A stretch of DNA of 63,405 nt, the filler included, from Anaerolineae bacterium (GTDB taxonomy: Bacteria; Chloroflexota; Anaerolineae; B4-G1; DUEL01): the NCBI GenBank assembly GCA_041082215.1. It is 7 parts of 7 records of this genome, joined end to end, with 100 filler letters (N's around TTAATTAATTAA, not from the genome) between each part and the next. Parts side by side here need not be neighbours in the genome. Positions count along the whole stretch, not along the records: positions 1 to 25,530 come from JBDOIF010000163.1; 6 more parts are not named here. One strand, 5' to 3'. The position numbers were made by a program, and so were the translations under genes. Under the pieces are notes generated by a model. It was not told the DNA's origin. It made no database searches and saw nothing but the letters and a program-made list of their open reading frames with translations. Of the stretch, positions 1 through 8,224 are shown in pieces. The stretch's first letter is position 1; each line of letters opens with the position of its first letter.

Positions 1-176
1 TGTCGAACGTCTTCTGCCTCCAAGTAAGGGTACGCTTCCAGTATCTCTTCCGTGCTCATCCCATTCGCCACCAGGTTGACAACCAGAGAGACTGTCACCC
101 GCGTCCCGCGTATACAGGCACGTCCGCCCATTATATTCGGAGCAAAAGTGATTCTGTCCAACCCTGCCACTACCAC
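1..176 (-). CDS. DUF433 family protein (antitoxin-like), runs off window start
   Basis: Not in ORF track. Manual translation MVVAGLDRITFAPNIMGGRACIRGTRVTVSLVVNLVANGMSTEEILEAYPYLEAEDVR matches the DUF433 pattern (GG.ACIRGTR.V...G.S.EEIL..YP.L..EDV); GAGGGGG SD upstream. Confidence 0.85.
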   Translation of the reverse strand, partial: MVVAGLDRITFAPNIMGGRACIRGTRVTVSLVVNLVANGMSTEEILEAYPYLEAEDVR

Positions 177-243
177 GGGACACCCCCTCTTCCCGCCTGA
201 CCCATCGTCCATTCCGACTACGAGTGACGACTCATTCCCTTCG

Positions 244-822
244 TTACGAATCCCCCAGACGCACGAAATACCGGTGAAACCGCTCGTCATTCGTCAATTC
301 GGGGTGAAAAGCGGTCGCCAGCAGGTTGCCCTGCCGAACCGCCACCACGGTCCCATCCTCCAGCCAGGCCAGCACCTCCACGCCTTCGCCGACCCGCTCA
401 ATACGCGGGGCGCGGATGAATACGGCGCGGAAGGACTCCTCCCCCAGCACGGGCACCTCCAGGTCCACCTCGAAACTATCCACCTGACGGCCGAAGGCGT
501 TGCGGCGGACGGCCACGTCCATCAACCTCAGAAGCGGCTGGCCCGGCACGCCGTCCACCACCTCCTTTGCCAGCAGGATCATCCCGGCACATGTACCCCA
601 GATCGGCCGGCCAGACCGGGCCAGGGAGCGGATCGGCTCCAGCAGCCCCCATCGTTCGGCGACCCGACCGATGGTGGTGGACTCCCCGCCGGGGATGATC
701 AGACCATCCACCCCCTCCAGGTGTTCCGGCAGGCGGACCTCCACCGGCTCAACGCCGATCCGGCGCAGCATGTGCCCATGCTCGATGAAGGCTCCCTGTA
801 CGGCGAGCACCCCGATCCGCAT
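244..822 (-). CDS. pdxT: Pyridoxal 5'-phosphate synthase glutaminase subunit
   Basis: [26 protein letters not shown] and FHPE motifs; next to pdxS. Confidence 0.97.
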   Translation of the reverse strand: MRIGVLAVQGAFIEHGHMLRRIGVEPVEVRLPEHLEGVDGLIIPGGESTTIGRVAERWGLLEPIRSLARSGRPIWGTCAGMILLAKEVVDGVPGQPLLRLMDVAVRRNAFGRQVDSFEVDLEVPVLGEESFRAVFIRAPRIERVGEGVEVLAWLEDGTVVAVRQGNLLATAFHPELTNDERFHRYFVRLGDS

Positions 823-825
823 CGG

Positions 826-1713
826 CTACCACCCCCGTGTCGCCAGCCGTTCCTCCGCGGGCAGCGTGCTGACGTTGATGCCGACCATCGGCTCTCCCAG
901 GTTCCGGCTCACCTCGGCCAGGATCTCGGGGTTGTCGTAGTGAGTGACCGCCTGGACGATGGCGTGGGCCCGCCTGGCGGGGTCGCCGCTCTTGAAGATG
1001 CCGCTGCCGACGAACACGCCGTCCATCCCCAACTGCATCATCAGCGCAGCGTCGGCCGGGGTGGCAACCCCTCCGGCGGCAAAGTTGACCACCGGCAGCC
1101 GGCCCAGGCGTGCCGTCTCCACCACCAGCTCGTAGGGAGCGCCGATCTCTTTGGCGTAGGCCATCAGCTCCTCCGGGGCCATCGTCGTCAGGCGACGGAT
1201 CTCCCCCAGCACCGCCCTGGCATGGCGCACCGCCTCCACCACGTTGCCGGTGCCTGCCTCCCCTTTGGTGCGGATCATCGCCGCCCCCTCGCCGATCCGC
1301 CGCAACGCCTCCCCCAGGTTGCGGCAGCCACAGACGAAGGGGACCTTGAACCGGTGCTTGTCTATATGGTGCTCCTCGTCAGCAGGGGTGAGGACCTCGC
1401 TTTCGTCAATGAAATCCACCCCCAGGGCCTCCAGAATCTGCGCCTCGACGAAATGGCCGATGCGGCACTTGGCCATCACCGGGATGGAGACCGCCTCCAT
1501 AATCTCCCGGATCTTATCCGGGTCGGCCATGCGGGCTACGCCGCCCTGTGCGCGGATGTCGGCTGGGACCCGCTCCAGAGCCATCACGGCGACAGCCCCC
1601 GCCTCCTCGGCGATACGCGCCTGCTCGGCATTGGTGACATCCATGATGACGCCGCCCTTGAGCATCTGGGCCAGACCACGTTTGACCTTCTCCGTTCCGA
1701 CTTCCTTCTCCAT
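826..1713 (-). CDS. pdxS: Pyridoxal 5'-phosphate synthase lyase subunit
   Basis: [37 protein letters not shown] motifs. Confidence 0.98.
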   Translation of the reverse strand: MEKEVGTEKVKRGLAQMLKGGVIMDVTNAEQARIAEEAGAVAVMALERVPADIRAQGGVARMADPDKIREIMEAVSIPVMAKCRIGHFVEAQILEALGVDFIDESEVLTPADEEHHIDKHRFKVPFVCGCRNLGEALRRIGEGAAMIRTKGEAGTGNVVEAVRHARAVLGEIRRLTTMAPEELMAYAKEIGAPYELVVETARLGRLPVVNFAAGGVATPADAALMMQLGMDGVFVGSGIFKSGDPARRAHAIVQAVTHYDNPEILAEVSRNLGEPMVGINVSTLPAEERLATRGW

Positions 1714-1825
1714 TTTTCCCTCCCTTACCTCATCCTCTCCCGGAATGGATAGAGGTTGTTTCAGAGCCAGAATGCATATTTATTCTACCGCTATTTGCTC
1801 GAACCGTCAAAGAACACGCTGCCCC

Positions 1826-2017
1826 AGATGTATTTCAGTTTGGGGGCGAGATGTCCCTGGCCCGGGCCGGACCTGGGGAAACACGAATGGCGCGAATGGA
1901 AACGAATACCGCGAATGGGGCAGATATCCCTCCTATTCGCTGTATTCGGGCCATTCGTGGGATTCGCGATCCACCGGCGAGCGAGAGGACCATTTGCCCC
2001 GAAATTGAAATACGCCC
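1826..2017. mobile_element. MITE-like element, copy 1 (full length, ~190 bp)
   Basis: ~30-bp imperfect TIRs (GATGTATTTCAGTTTGGGGGCGA... / ...TGCCCCGAAATTGAAATACGCC); GCTGCCCC repeated at 1818-1825 and 2018-2025; near-identical to copies at 19329, 40867, 55793. Confidence 0.85.
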
Positions 2018-2026
2018 GCTGCCCCC

Positions 2027-2063
2027 AAAAAGGTTGGGAGGGGCGTTGACGCCCCTCCCAACC
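2027..2063 (-). terminator. Intrinsic terminator downstream of the 2088-2588 gene
   Basis: GGTTGGGAGGGGCGT-tg-ACGCCCCTCCCAACC stem followed by T-run on minus strand. Confidence 0.8.
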
Positions 2064-2087
2064 GGCCTGCCCTCGCAGATGGGGGGA

Positions 2088-2588
2088 TCAGTCCTCTTGC
2101 GATGGACGTCCCCAACCGCCGAAGCCCCGGTGGCCGAAGCCCCGTCCCATAGGGAGGTAGCCTTTCTCCAGCCCTTCCAGCATCCAGTCGGCCTGCTCCT
2201 GGCTGATCTTCCCATCCTCGACAGCCTGCTGGATGGCCTCCCGCATGGCATCGGCACGGGCGGCCTCGATCGCCTCCTGCACGGCCTCCATCTCCACGCC
2301 CCGTGCTTCCGCCACCTCCGCCAGCGTCTTGCCTGCGTGCAGCTCGGAGAAAAGCTCCTCCGGGCTCAGCCCGAGCGCCTCCGCCGCGGCGTCGAAGAGG
2401 GTCCAGGAGCCACCTCCCGGATGCCCGAAGAGCCCACCGAACCCGCGCCCGCCGAGAGGTACAACAGGGCATGTCGGCGGGGTCGGCTCCTGGGCCACGG
2501 AGACCGCCACACCGACACCACCGGCCAGGATCAGGGCCGCGAGGGCCACGCCAGAGAACAACAGAACTCGCTTTTTCCACATACACAC
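2088..2588 (-). CDS. Secreted/membrane-anchored hypothetical protein (DUF2680/YckD-like helical repeats)
   Basis: Signal peptide, AEALGLSPEEL..EL.AGKTLAEVA and AVEDGKISQEQAD motifs, Gly-rich flanks. Confidence 0.75.
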   Translation of the reverse strand: MCMWKKRVLLFSGVALAALILAGGVGVAVSVAQEPTPPTCPVVPLGGRGFGGLFGHPGGGSWTLFDAAAEALGLSPEELFSELHAGKTLAEVAEARGVEMEAVQEAIEAARADAMREAIQQAVEDGKISQEQADWMLEGLEKGYLPMGRGFGHRGFGGWGRPSQED

Positions 2589-2688
2589 ACCTCCTGAGTT
2601 TTGCAGGGGTCAATCCCCTTTAACCTGTGAAAATTGTAATAGGAGAGTGTAAAAATCCCATCATGAGATTGTGAAGGTTCGGTGAAGC

Positions 2689-2717
2689 TTGACAACCCTC
2701 TTGCCCACAGTTATAAT
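2689..2717 (+). promoter_or_regulatory. Sigma70-type promoter of the rpsU operon
   Basis: Perfect TTGACA (2689-2694), 17-bp spacer, TATAAT (2712-2717). Confidence 0.9.
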
Positions 2718-2765
2718 GTAGTTTGCTATTCCTGAATTTCAAACAGGGAGGAGGTGAAACAGGCT

Positions 2766-2972
2766 GTGACACGGGTAGTCGCTGAAGAAGGGGAACCTCT
2801 GGAGTCCTTATTGCGCCGTTTCAACAAGAAGGTCCAGAACGACCGCATCCTCTCGGAGGTCCGGCGGCGCCGCTTTTATGAACCGCCCACCGTCCTGCGC
2901 AAGCGGAAACGGGCGGCCAAATTGCGCAAGAGCCGCAGGACCACGACCAAGTATCAGCAGCGGTATAGCTAG
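2766..2972 (+). CDS. rpsU: 30S ribosomal protein S21
   Basis: GEPLESLLRRFNKKV..DRILSEVRRRRFYEPPT..RKRK; GTG at 2766 after GGAGGTG. Confidence 0.92.
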   Translation: MTRVVAEEGEPLESLLRRFNKKVQNDRILSEVRRRRFYEPPTVLRKRKRAAKLRKSRRTTTKYQQRYS

Positions 2973-2982
2973 CGGGGGGAAC

Positions 2983-3429
2983 TTGAACCTGAAGGCCAGA
3001 TTGCAGGAAGACCTTAAGGAAGCCCTGCGCGCGCGCGACGAAAGGCGCAAGGCGGTGATCCGCATGTCCCTCTCGGCAATCCAGTTGGCCGAGGTGGAAC
3101 ACGGAGGAGAACTGGACGACCCGTCCCTGATCGCCGTGCTGCAAAGAGAGGTCAAACGGCGTCAGGAGACGATCGAAGAGCTCAGGGGAGCCGACCGGCC
3201 GGACCGACTGGCAGACGAGGAGGCAGAGCTGGCCATCCTCGAATCCTACCTGCCGCGGATGTTAACGCGCGAGGAGATCGCCTCGGAAGCCCGGGCCGTG
3301 ATCGCCCAGGTCGGGGCCTCCGGCCTGAAGGATATGGGCGCGGTGATGCAGGCACTGATGCCCCGGATGAAGGGGCGGGCCGATGGGCGCCTGGTCAATG
3401 AGGTCGTGCGGGAACTTCTGGCCGGCTAG
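2983..3429 (+). CDS. yqeY: GatB/YqeY domain protein
   Basis: LQEDLKEAL.ARD, EVKRRQE, KDMGAVM..LMP.MKGRADG motifs; canonical position after rpsU; TTG start inferred. Confidence 0.9.
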   Translation: MNLKARLQEDLKEALRARDERRKAVIRMSLSAIQLAEVEHGGELDDPSLIAVLQREVKRRQETIEELRGADRPDRLADEEAELAILESYLPRMLTREEIASEARAVIAQVGASGLKDMGAVMQALMPRMKGRADGRLVNEVVRELLAG

Positions 3430-3461
3430 TTCCCTCCAGCACAATCCCAGGTGCACACCTG

Positions 3462-3494
3462 AGCAGGGGCGACCCGCCGGGTCGCTCTTGTTTT
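3462..3494 (+). terminator. GC hairpin plus T-run after yqeY (REP-like sequence)
   Basis: AGCAGGGGCGACCC-gcc-GGGTCGCTCTTGTTTT. Confidence 0.6.
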
Positions 3495-3496
3495 AA

Positions 3497-5680
3497 ATGG
3501 ATATGGAGGACCTTCCGCGAGGCCACAAAAGGAGAAACTGGTGGATATGGAGCCGGCTGGCACTGACCGCCCTGGCGCTGGCCGCTCTGTCCACCTTCCT
3601 CCTCTCCTTTCCCCTCTTCCCCTCAGGCCGGCTGGTGCTGGAGGAAGGGGACATCGCCCCGCAGGACGTCCGCGCCCCTCGCCGGATCACCTATGAGAGC
3701 ACCATCCGTACAGCCGAGCAGCGAGAGCTGGCCGAGGCGGCGGTCGCGCCCGTCTACACCGAACCGGACTCCGACCTCGCCCGTCAGCAGTTAGAACGGA
3801 CCCACCATGTCCTGGATTACCTGAGCTCGGTCCGCGCCGACACGTTTGCCACCCCCGCCCAGCGGCGGGCCTGGGTGCTGGCCGTTCCGGAGTTAGCCGA
3901 TCTGCCGACCGACACGGCGGACACGCTCCTTACTCTCCCGGAAGAGTCCTGGGACCGTGTGAAGTCGGAGGTGATCAACGCCGTCACTGAGACGATGCGG
4001 CGGGGGGTACGGGAAGATTTCATCGAAGAGGCCAGGCAGGGGGTTTCCTCCCTGGTCGGGCTGGACCTCTCAACAGAGGAGGAGATGGTCACCACCGCGC
4101 TGGCCCAGCGGCTGATCACTGCCAACTCCTTCTACGATGAAGCAGCCACGCAGGCGGCACGCGAGCAGGCCCGCGAGGCGGTCTCCCCCATCCTTGTCTC
4201 CCTGGAGGCCGGGGAAGTCATCGTCCGGGAGGGCGAGCGGGTCACCGCGCTGGATGTGGAGGCCCTGCAGCGGCTGGGACTTCAACAGCCCCGAATCCGC
4301 TGGACCCAGGTGGCGGGCCGGGGAGCACTCTCCATCCTCGGGCTGGCTTTCCTGGGCCTGCTCCTGGCCCACTTCCAGCCAGATGTGCTTCAGGAGGGGC
4401 GCAAGGCGCTTCTCCTCTCACTCCTGCTGGCCTTTTTCCTTTTCCTGGCCCGCGTGATGATCCCGGATCGGACGGTGCTGCGGTTTCTCTTCCCCGGCCC
4501 GGCGCTGGCGATGCTGGCAACGGTCACGCTGGGACCATCGGTAGGGGTGGGGACCAGCATCCTGCTGGGCGGAGCCGCCGGCATGATCGGGGATGACCCG
4601 CTGGAGCTGGCCGTCTATGTCACGGCCGGAGGGCTGGTAGCCTCCCTGGCGCTGCGCCAGGTGGACCGACCGGCGGTCCTCTTCCGGGCTTCCCTCTTCG
4701 TCGCCCTCGCACATATGGCCGTGGTGGCCAGCTTTCGCCTGCAGGGTGAGCAGATCAACCCGGTGGAGACGGCCCTCCACCTCCTGATCTCCGCCGCCAA
4801 TGGCCTGATCTCTGCCAGCCTGGCCCTGGGGGGGCTTTTCCTCATAGGCCCCCTCTTCGACATCATCACCACGTTCCGCCTCATCGAGTTGAGCCGGCCC
4901 GATCACCCACTTCTCCAGCGGCTGCTTCGAGAGGCTCCGGGCACCTACCACCACTCCCTGATGGTCGCCAACCTGGCCGAACAGGCAGCAGAAGCGATCG
5001 GGGCAGACCCCCTCCTCACCCGTGTGGGGGCTTATTATCACGATATAGGGAAAATCTCCCGCCCCTACTTCTTCATCGAGAATCAGATGGAGGGAGTGAA
5101 CCCCCACGAGCGGCTGGACCCCTATACCAGTGTGGAGATCATCGCCAGCCATGTGCAGGATGGCCTGGAGCTGGCCCGCCGCTACCGATTGCCTGCCCGC
5201 GTGCGGGCCTTTATCCCCGAGCACCACGGCACCAACCGGGCCAGTTTCCAGTATGAGCGGGCAGTGGAACTGGCTGGGGACCCGGAGCTGGTGAACGAGG
5301 CGGATTTCCGGCATCGGGGGCCTAAACCTCAAAGCAGGGAAACCGCCCTGACCATGCTGGCCGATGGGTGCGAGGCAGCCGTCCGCGCTGGCCGACCCAC
5401 CTCACTGGAAGAGCTGGCCGAGATCGTGCACGGGGTCTTCAACCTTGTCCTGATGAACGGGCAATTGGACGAATGCCCGATTACGATACGGGAGCTGAAC
5501 ATCGCCCGGGAGTCCTTCATCTCTACGCTGAAGGGGATTTTTCATCCCCGGATCCAGTACCCGGAGCCTGCTCCGAATTACAGGGCGGGCGCGAAGCGAG
5601 CAGAGGAATTGCTGGCGAAAACGGCCGAAGCGATGGAGGGCTGGCAAGCGAACAGGAGCGGATGTGATCGAGAGCTATAG
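3497..5680 (+). CDS. pgpH: 7TM-HD phosphohydrolase (PgpH/YqfF-like c-di-AMP phosphodiesterase)
   Basis: Extracellular domain, 7TM region, APGTYHHS, YYHDIGK, YFFIENQ, EHHGT, MLADGCEA; typical position before ybeY. Confidence 0.88.
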   Translation: MDMEDLPRGHKRRNWWIWSRLALTALALAALSTFLLSFPLFPSGRLVLEEGDIAPQDVRAPRRITYESTIRTAEQRELAEAAVAPVYTEPDSDLARQQLERTHHVLDYLSSVRADTFATPAQRRAWVLAVPELADLPTDTADTLLTLPEESWDRVKSEVINAVTETMRRGVREDFIEEARQGVSSLVGLDLSTEEEMVTTALAQRLITANSFYDEAATQAAREQAREAVSPILVSLEAGEVIVREGERVTALDVEALQRLGLQQPRIRWTQVAGRGALSILGLAFLGLLLAHFQPDVLQEGRKALLLSLLLAFFLFLARVMIPDRTVLRFLFPGPALAMLATVTLGPSVGVGTSILLGGAAGMIGDDPLELAVYVTAGGLVASLALRQVDRPAVLFRASLFVALAHMAVVASFRLQGEQINPVETALHLLISAANGLISASLALGGLFLIGPLFDIITTFRLIELSRPDHPLLQRLLREAPGTYHHSLMVANLAEQAAEAIGADPLLTRVGAYYHDIGKISRPYFFIENQMEGVNPHERLDPYTSVEIIASHVQDGLELARRYRLPARVRAFIPEHHGTNRASFQYERAVELAGDPELVNEADFRHRGPKPQSRETALTMLADGCEAAVRAGRPTSLEELAEIVHGVFNLVLMNGQLDECPITIRELNIARESFISTLKGIFHPRIQYPEPAPNYRAGAKRAEELLAKTAEAMEGWQANRSGCDREL

Positions 5681-6134
5681 AGTTGATGTGCAGGTAGAAG
5701 GGAAATGGCCGGCCGATGTAGAGGCACTGCAGAAGGCCGCTCTGGCGACACTGGCCTACCATGGCGCTCCGCCGGTCGAGGTGGCCATCGTCGTCTCCGA
5801 CGACGAGTCGCTGCAGGAGCTGAACCGCCGGTTCCGGGGCCTGGACGCCCCAACGGACGTCCTGGCGTTTCCCAACGAGGCGCGAGGACCGTTCGTGGAA
5901 GTGGCGGGCCAGCCCCGCTATCTGGGAGACGTGATCCTCTCCTACCCCCGCGCCGAGGAGCAGGCCCGCGAGGCAGGGCATCCGGTGCTGGCAGAGCTGC
6001 TGTTGCTGGTCGTGCACGGCGTGCTCCATCTGCTGGGTTATGAGGACGAGACGGAACCGGAACGGTCGCAGATGTGGGCAGCACAGGAGGCGATCCTGAA
6101 CGCCCTCGGTGTCCAGGTCAACCTGCCAGAGTGA
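5664..6134 (+). CDS. ybeY: rRNA maturation endoribonuclease YbeY
   Basis: LNRRFRG.D.PTDVLAF, YLGDV, HGVLHLLGY motifs. Confidence 0.95.
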   Translation: MIESYRVDVQVEGKWPADVEALQKAALATLAYHGAPPVEVAIVVSDDESLQELNRRFRGLDAPTDVLAFPNEARGPFVEVAGQPRYLGDVILSYPRAEEQAREAGHPVLAELLLLVVHGVLHLLGYEDETEPERSQMWAAQEAILNALGVQVNLPE

Positions 6135-6140
6135 GACCCG

Positions 6141-6515
6141 ATGCACAGTCGGAATCTGCTGGAGAGCTTCCGGTACGCCTTTGCCGGCCTGGCCTACGCG
6201 CTGCGCACTCAGCGGAACACCCGCATCCACCTGACGATCGCCGTCGGCGTGGTGGCGCTGGGCCTGTGGCTGAGGATCTCCCTCACCCAATGGGCTGTGC
6301 TGGCGCTGACCATCGGCTTTGTGCTGGTGGGGGAGATGCTGAACACAGTGGCGGAGACGCTGGTGGACCTGGTCAGCCCGGGCTACCACCCCCTGGCCAA
6401 AGTGGTCAAAGATGTGACGGCTGGGGCCGTCCTCCTGACCGCTATCGTCTCCGTGGCAGTGGGACTGCTGGTGCTCGGTCCGCCGCTGTGGGCCCGACTC
6501 TCTGGAAATCCTTGA
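6141..6515 (+). CDS. dgkA: Diacylglycerol/undecaprenol kinase (DgkA family)
   Basis: SFRYAFAGL, QRNTRIH, EMLNTVAE..VDL, AK.VKD..AGAVL; follows ybeY. Confidence 0.92.
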   Translation: MHSRNLLESFRYAFAGLAYALRTQRNTRIHLTIAVGVVALGLWLRISLTQWAVLALTIGFVLVGEMLNTVAETLVDLVSPGYHPLAKVVKDVTAGAVLLTAIVSVAVGLLVLGPPLWARLSGNP

Positions 6516-6533
6516 GGCATAAAGGAGAAGTTC

Positions 6534-7007
6534 GTGCAACCATCATCGCCTGTCTATCTGACCCGCGAGGGAATCAAGCGGCTGAGGGAGGAGCTGGAAG
6601 AGCTGGTCAACGTCCGACGGCCCGCGCTGGCCGAGCGGCTGCGGAAGGCGATCCAGCAGGGAGACCTCTGGGAGAACGCCGACTATGCCGCAGCCAAGGA
6701 GGAACAGGGCTTCCTGGAGGGACGGATCCAGCAGATCGAAGCGATGCTACGCAACGCTGTGCTCATCGAGGAAAACGGACCTGCGGGGGAGGTCCGCCTG
6801 GGAAGCCGGGTGATGGTTGTGGAAGAGGGGAAGGAGCAGCCGGAGATTTTCCACCTGGTCGGCCCGGCGGAGGCTGATCCGGGTAACGGCTGCATTTCTT
6901 ATGAATCGCCCCTGGGACAGGCGCTGATGGGCCGGATGGTGGGAGAGACCGTGCGGGTGAAAGCCCCCGCTGGGGAGATCCGCTTTCTGATCACGGCGAT
7001 CGAGTGA
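6534..7007 (+). CDS. greA: Transcription elongation factor GreA
   Basis: YLTREG, GDLWENADY.AAKEEQ, ISYESPLG.AL.G motifs. Confidence 0.95.
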   Translation: MQPSSPVYLTREGIKRLREELEELVNVRRPALAERLRKAIQQGDLWENADYAAAKEEQGFLEGRIQQIEAMLRNAVLIEENGPAGEVRLGSRVMVVEEGKEQPEIFHLVGPAEADPGNGCISYESPLGQALMGRMVGETVRVKAPAGEIRFLITAIE

Positions 7008-7052
7008 GCGGGTTTGCGCCGTTCGACCCGTTTTCGCCATAGAGGTCTGCCA

Positions 7053-7652
7053 GTGCAGAGGTTCGAAACCCTCCAGGCCCGCATGAGGGCATGCCGCCGC
7101 TGCCTGGAGGCGGGCTACCCTATCACCCCCGGTGCGGTCTTCTCCGGCCCTGCTTCTGCCCGCGTGATGGTGGTGGGGCAGACCCCCGGGGCAACGGAGG
7201 CAGAGGCCGGGCGGCCGTTCAACGGGCCTGCCGGCCGTCGCCTCTTCCGCTGGCTGGCCGAGGTCGGTTGGGAAGAGGCGGACTTCCGCGCCGCCCAGTA
7301 TCTGACCGCGGTGACCAAATGCTACCCGGGCAAGGCCGCCGGTGGAAAAGGGGACCGCGTGCCCACCAGGGCCGAACAGCGGCTGTGCGCCCCCTTCCTG
7401 GAGCAGGAGCTGGCGCTGGTCCGGCCGGAGCTGATCATCCCTGTGGGAGGGCTCGCCGTGCGCCGGTTCCTGGGGCCAGTACGGCTGACGGAAGTGGTGG
7501 GGACTGCCATCCGGCAGGGGGAAGGATGGTGGATCGTGCCGCTCCCCCACCCCAGCGGGGCCAGCCTGTGGTTGAACCGGGAGGAGAACCGGGCACAGGT
7601 GGCCCGAGCCCTCAATTGCCTGCGGGAGATCCGGGAAGCGTTGCGGCTCTGA
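7053..7652 (+). CDS. Uracil-DNA glycosylase family protein (family 4/5-like, Fe-S)
   Basis: CRRC, VGQTPG, RPFNGPAG, AVTKCYP, LPHPS motifs; start inferred. Confidence 0.88.
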   Translation: MQRFETLQARMRACRRCLEAGYPITPGAVFSGPASARVMVVGQTPGATEAEAGRPFNGPAGRRLFRWLAEVGWEEADFRAAQYLTAVTKCYPGKAAGGKGDRVPTRAEQRLCAPFLEQELALVRPELIIPVGGLAVRRFLGPVRLTEVVGTAIRQGEGWWIVPLPHPSGASLWLNREENRAQVARALNCLREIREALRL

Positions 7653-7663
7653 CCACGGGCAGT

Positions 7664-8224
7664 CTATACCGGCAGCCCACCCCGTTCCCTGGCCCCTCGC
7701 CTCCCGGCCGCTTCCGCTTCGATCCGTTCCTCCTCTCCCGCCTCAATCGGCCAGGTCTCGCTGGCCCGGTCAATAAAGAGCACCCCGTCGAGATGGTCCA
7801 GCTCGTGCTGGAGGACGCGGGCCAGGTATCCCCGTGCCCGCATCCGCACCTTCCGCCCCTGCCGGTCCAGCCCCCTGACGGTGACCGCCAGGTGGCGGGG
7901 GACATGCCCTGCCCAGCCGGGTATCGAAAGGCATCCCTCCACGCCTTCTTCCATCTCCTCGGAAACCCGGGCCAGTTCAGGGTTGATGAGGGCGAAGGAG
8001 ACCCCGGCATCCGGGTCTTCCAGATCCTCAGGGATTTCAACGACAACGACGCGCAACGGCACTCCCACCTGAACGGCCGCCAGGCCCACGCCCCCGGCCG
8101 AGCGCATGGTCTCAAACATATCCTCAATCAACCGCTGGGTCTCGCTGGAGATGCGGGGGACGCGGCGGGATTTCTCGCGCAAGATCGGGTTATCTGAAAA
8201 CAGAATGGGACGTAACGCCATCAA
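7664..8224 (-). CDS. def: Peptide deformylase
   Basis: GVGLAAVQ, EGCLS, QHELDHLDG motifs. Confidence 0.97.
   Translation of the reverse strand: MMALRPILFSDNPILREKSRRVPRISSETQRLIEDMFETMRSAGGVGLAAVQVGVPLRVVVVEIPEDLEDPDAGVSFALINPELARVSEEMEEGVEGCLSIPGWAGHVPRHLAVTVRGLDRQGRKVRMRARGYLARVLQHELDHLDGVLFIDRASETWPIEAGEEERIEAEAAGRRGARERGGLPV

Noticed and set aside
52..1752. Long antisense ORFs (e.g. 52-1752, 32964-34535, 46141-48165, 49512-51719)
   Set aside because: Shadow frames of real genes in high-GC DNA; no recognisable motifs
1756..2257. Repeated small ORFs overlapping the MITE copies (YFSLGARCPWPGP / ETRMARMETNTANG)
   Set aside because: Translations of the repeat in several frames, with inconsistent starts and stops between copies; no transposase motifs
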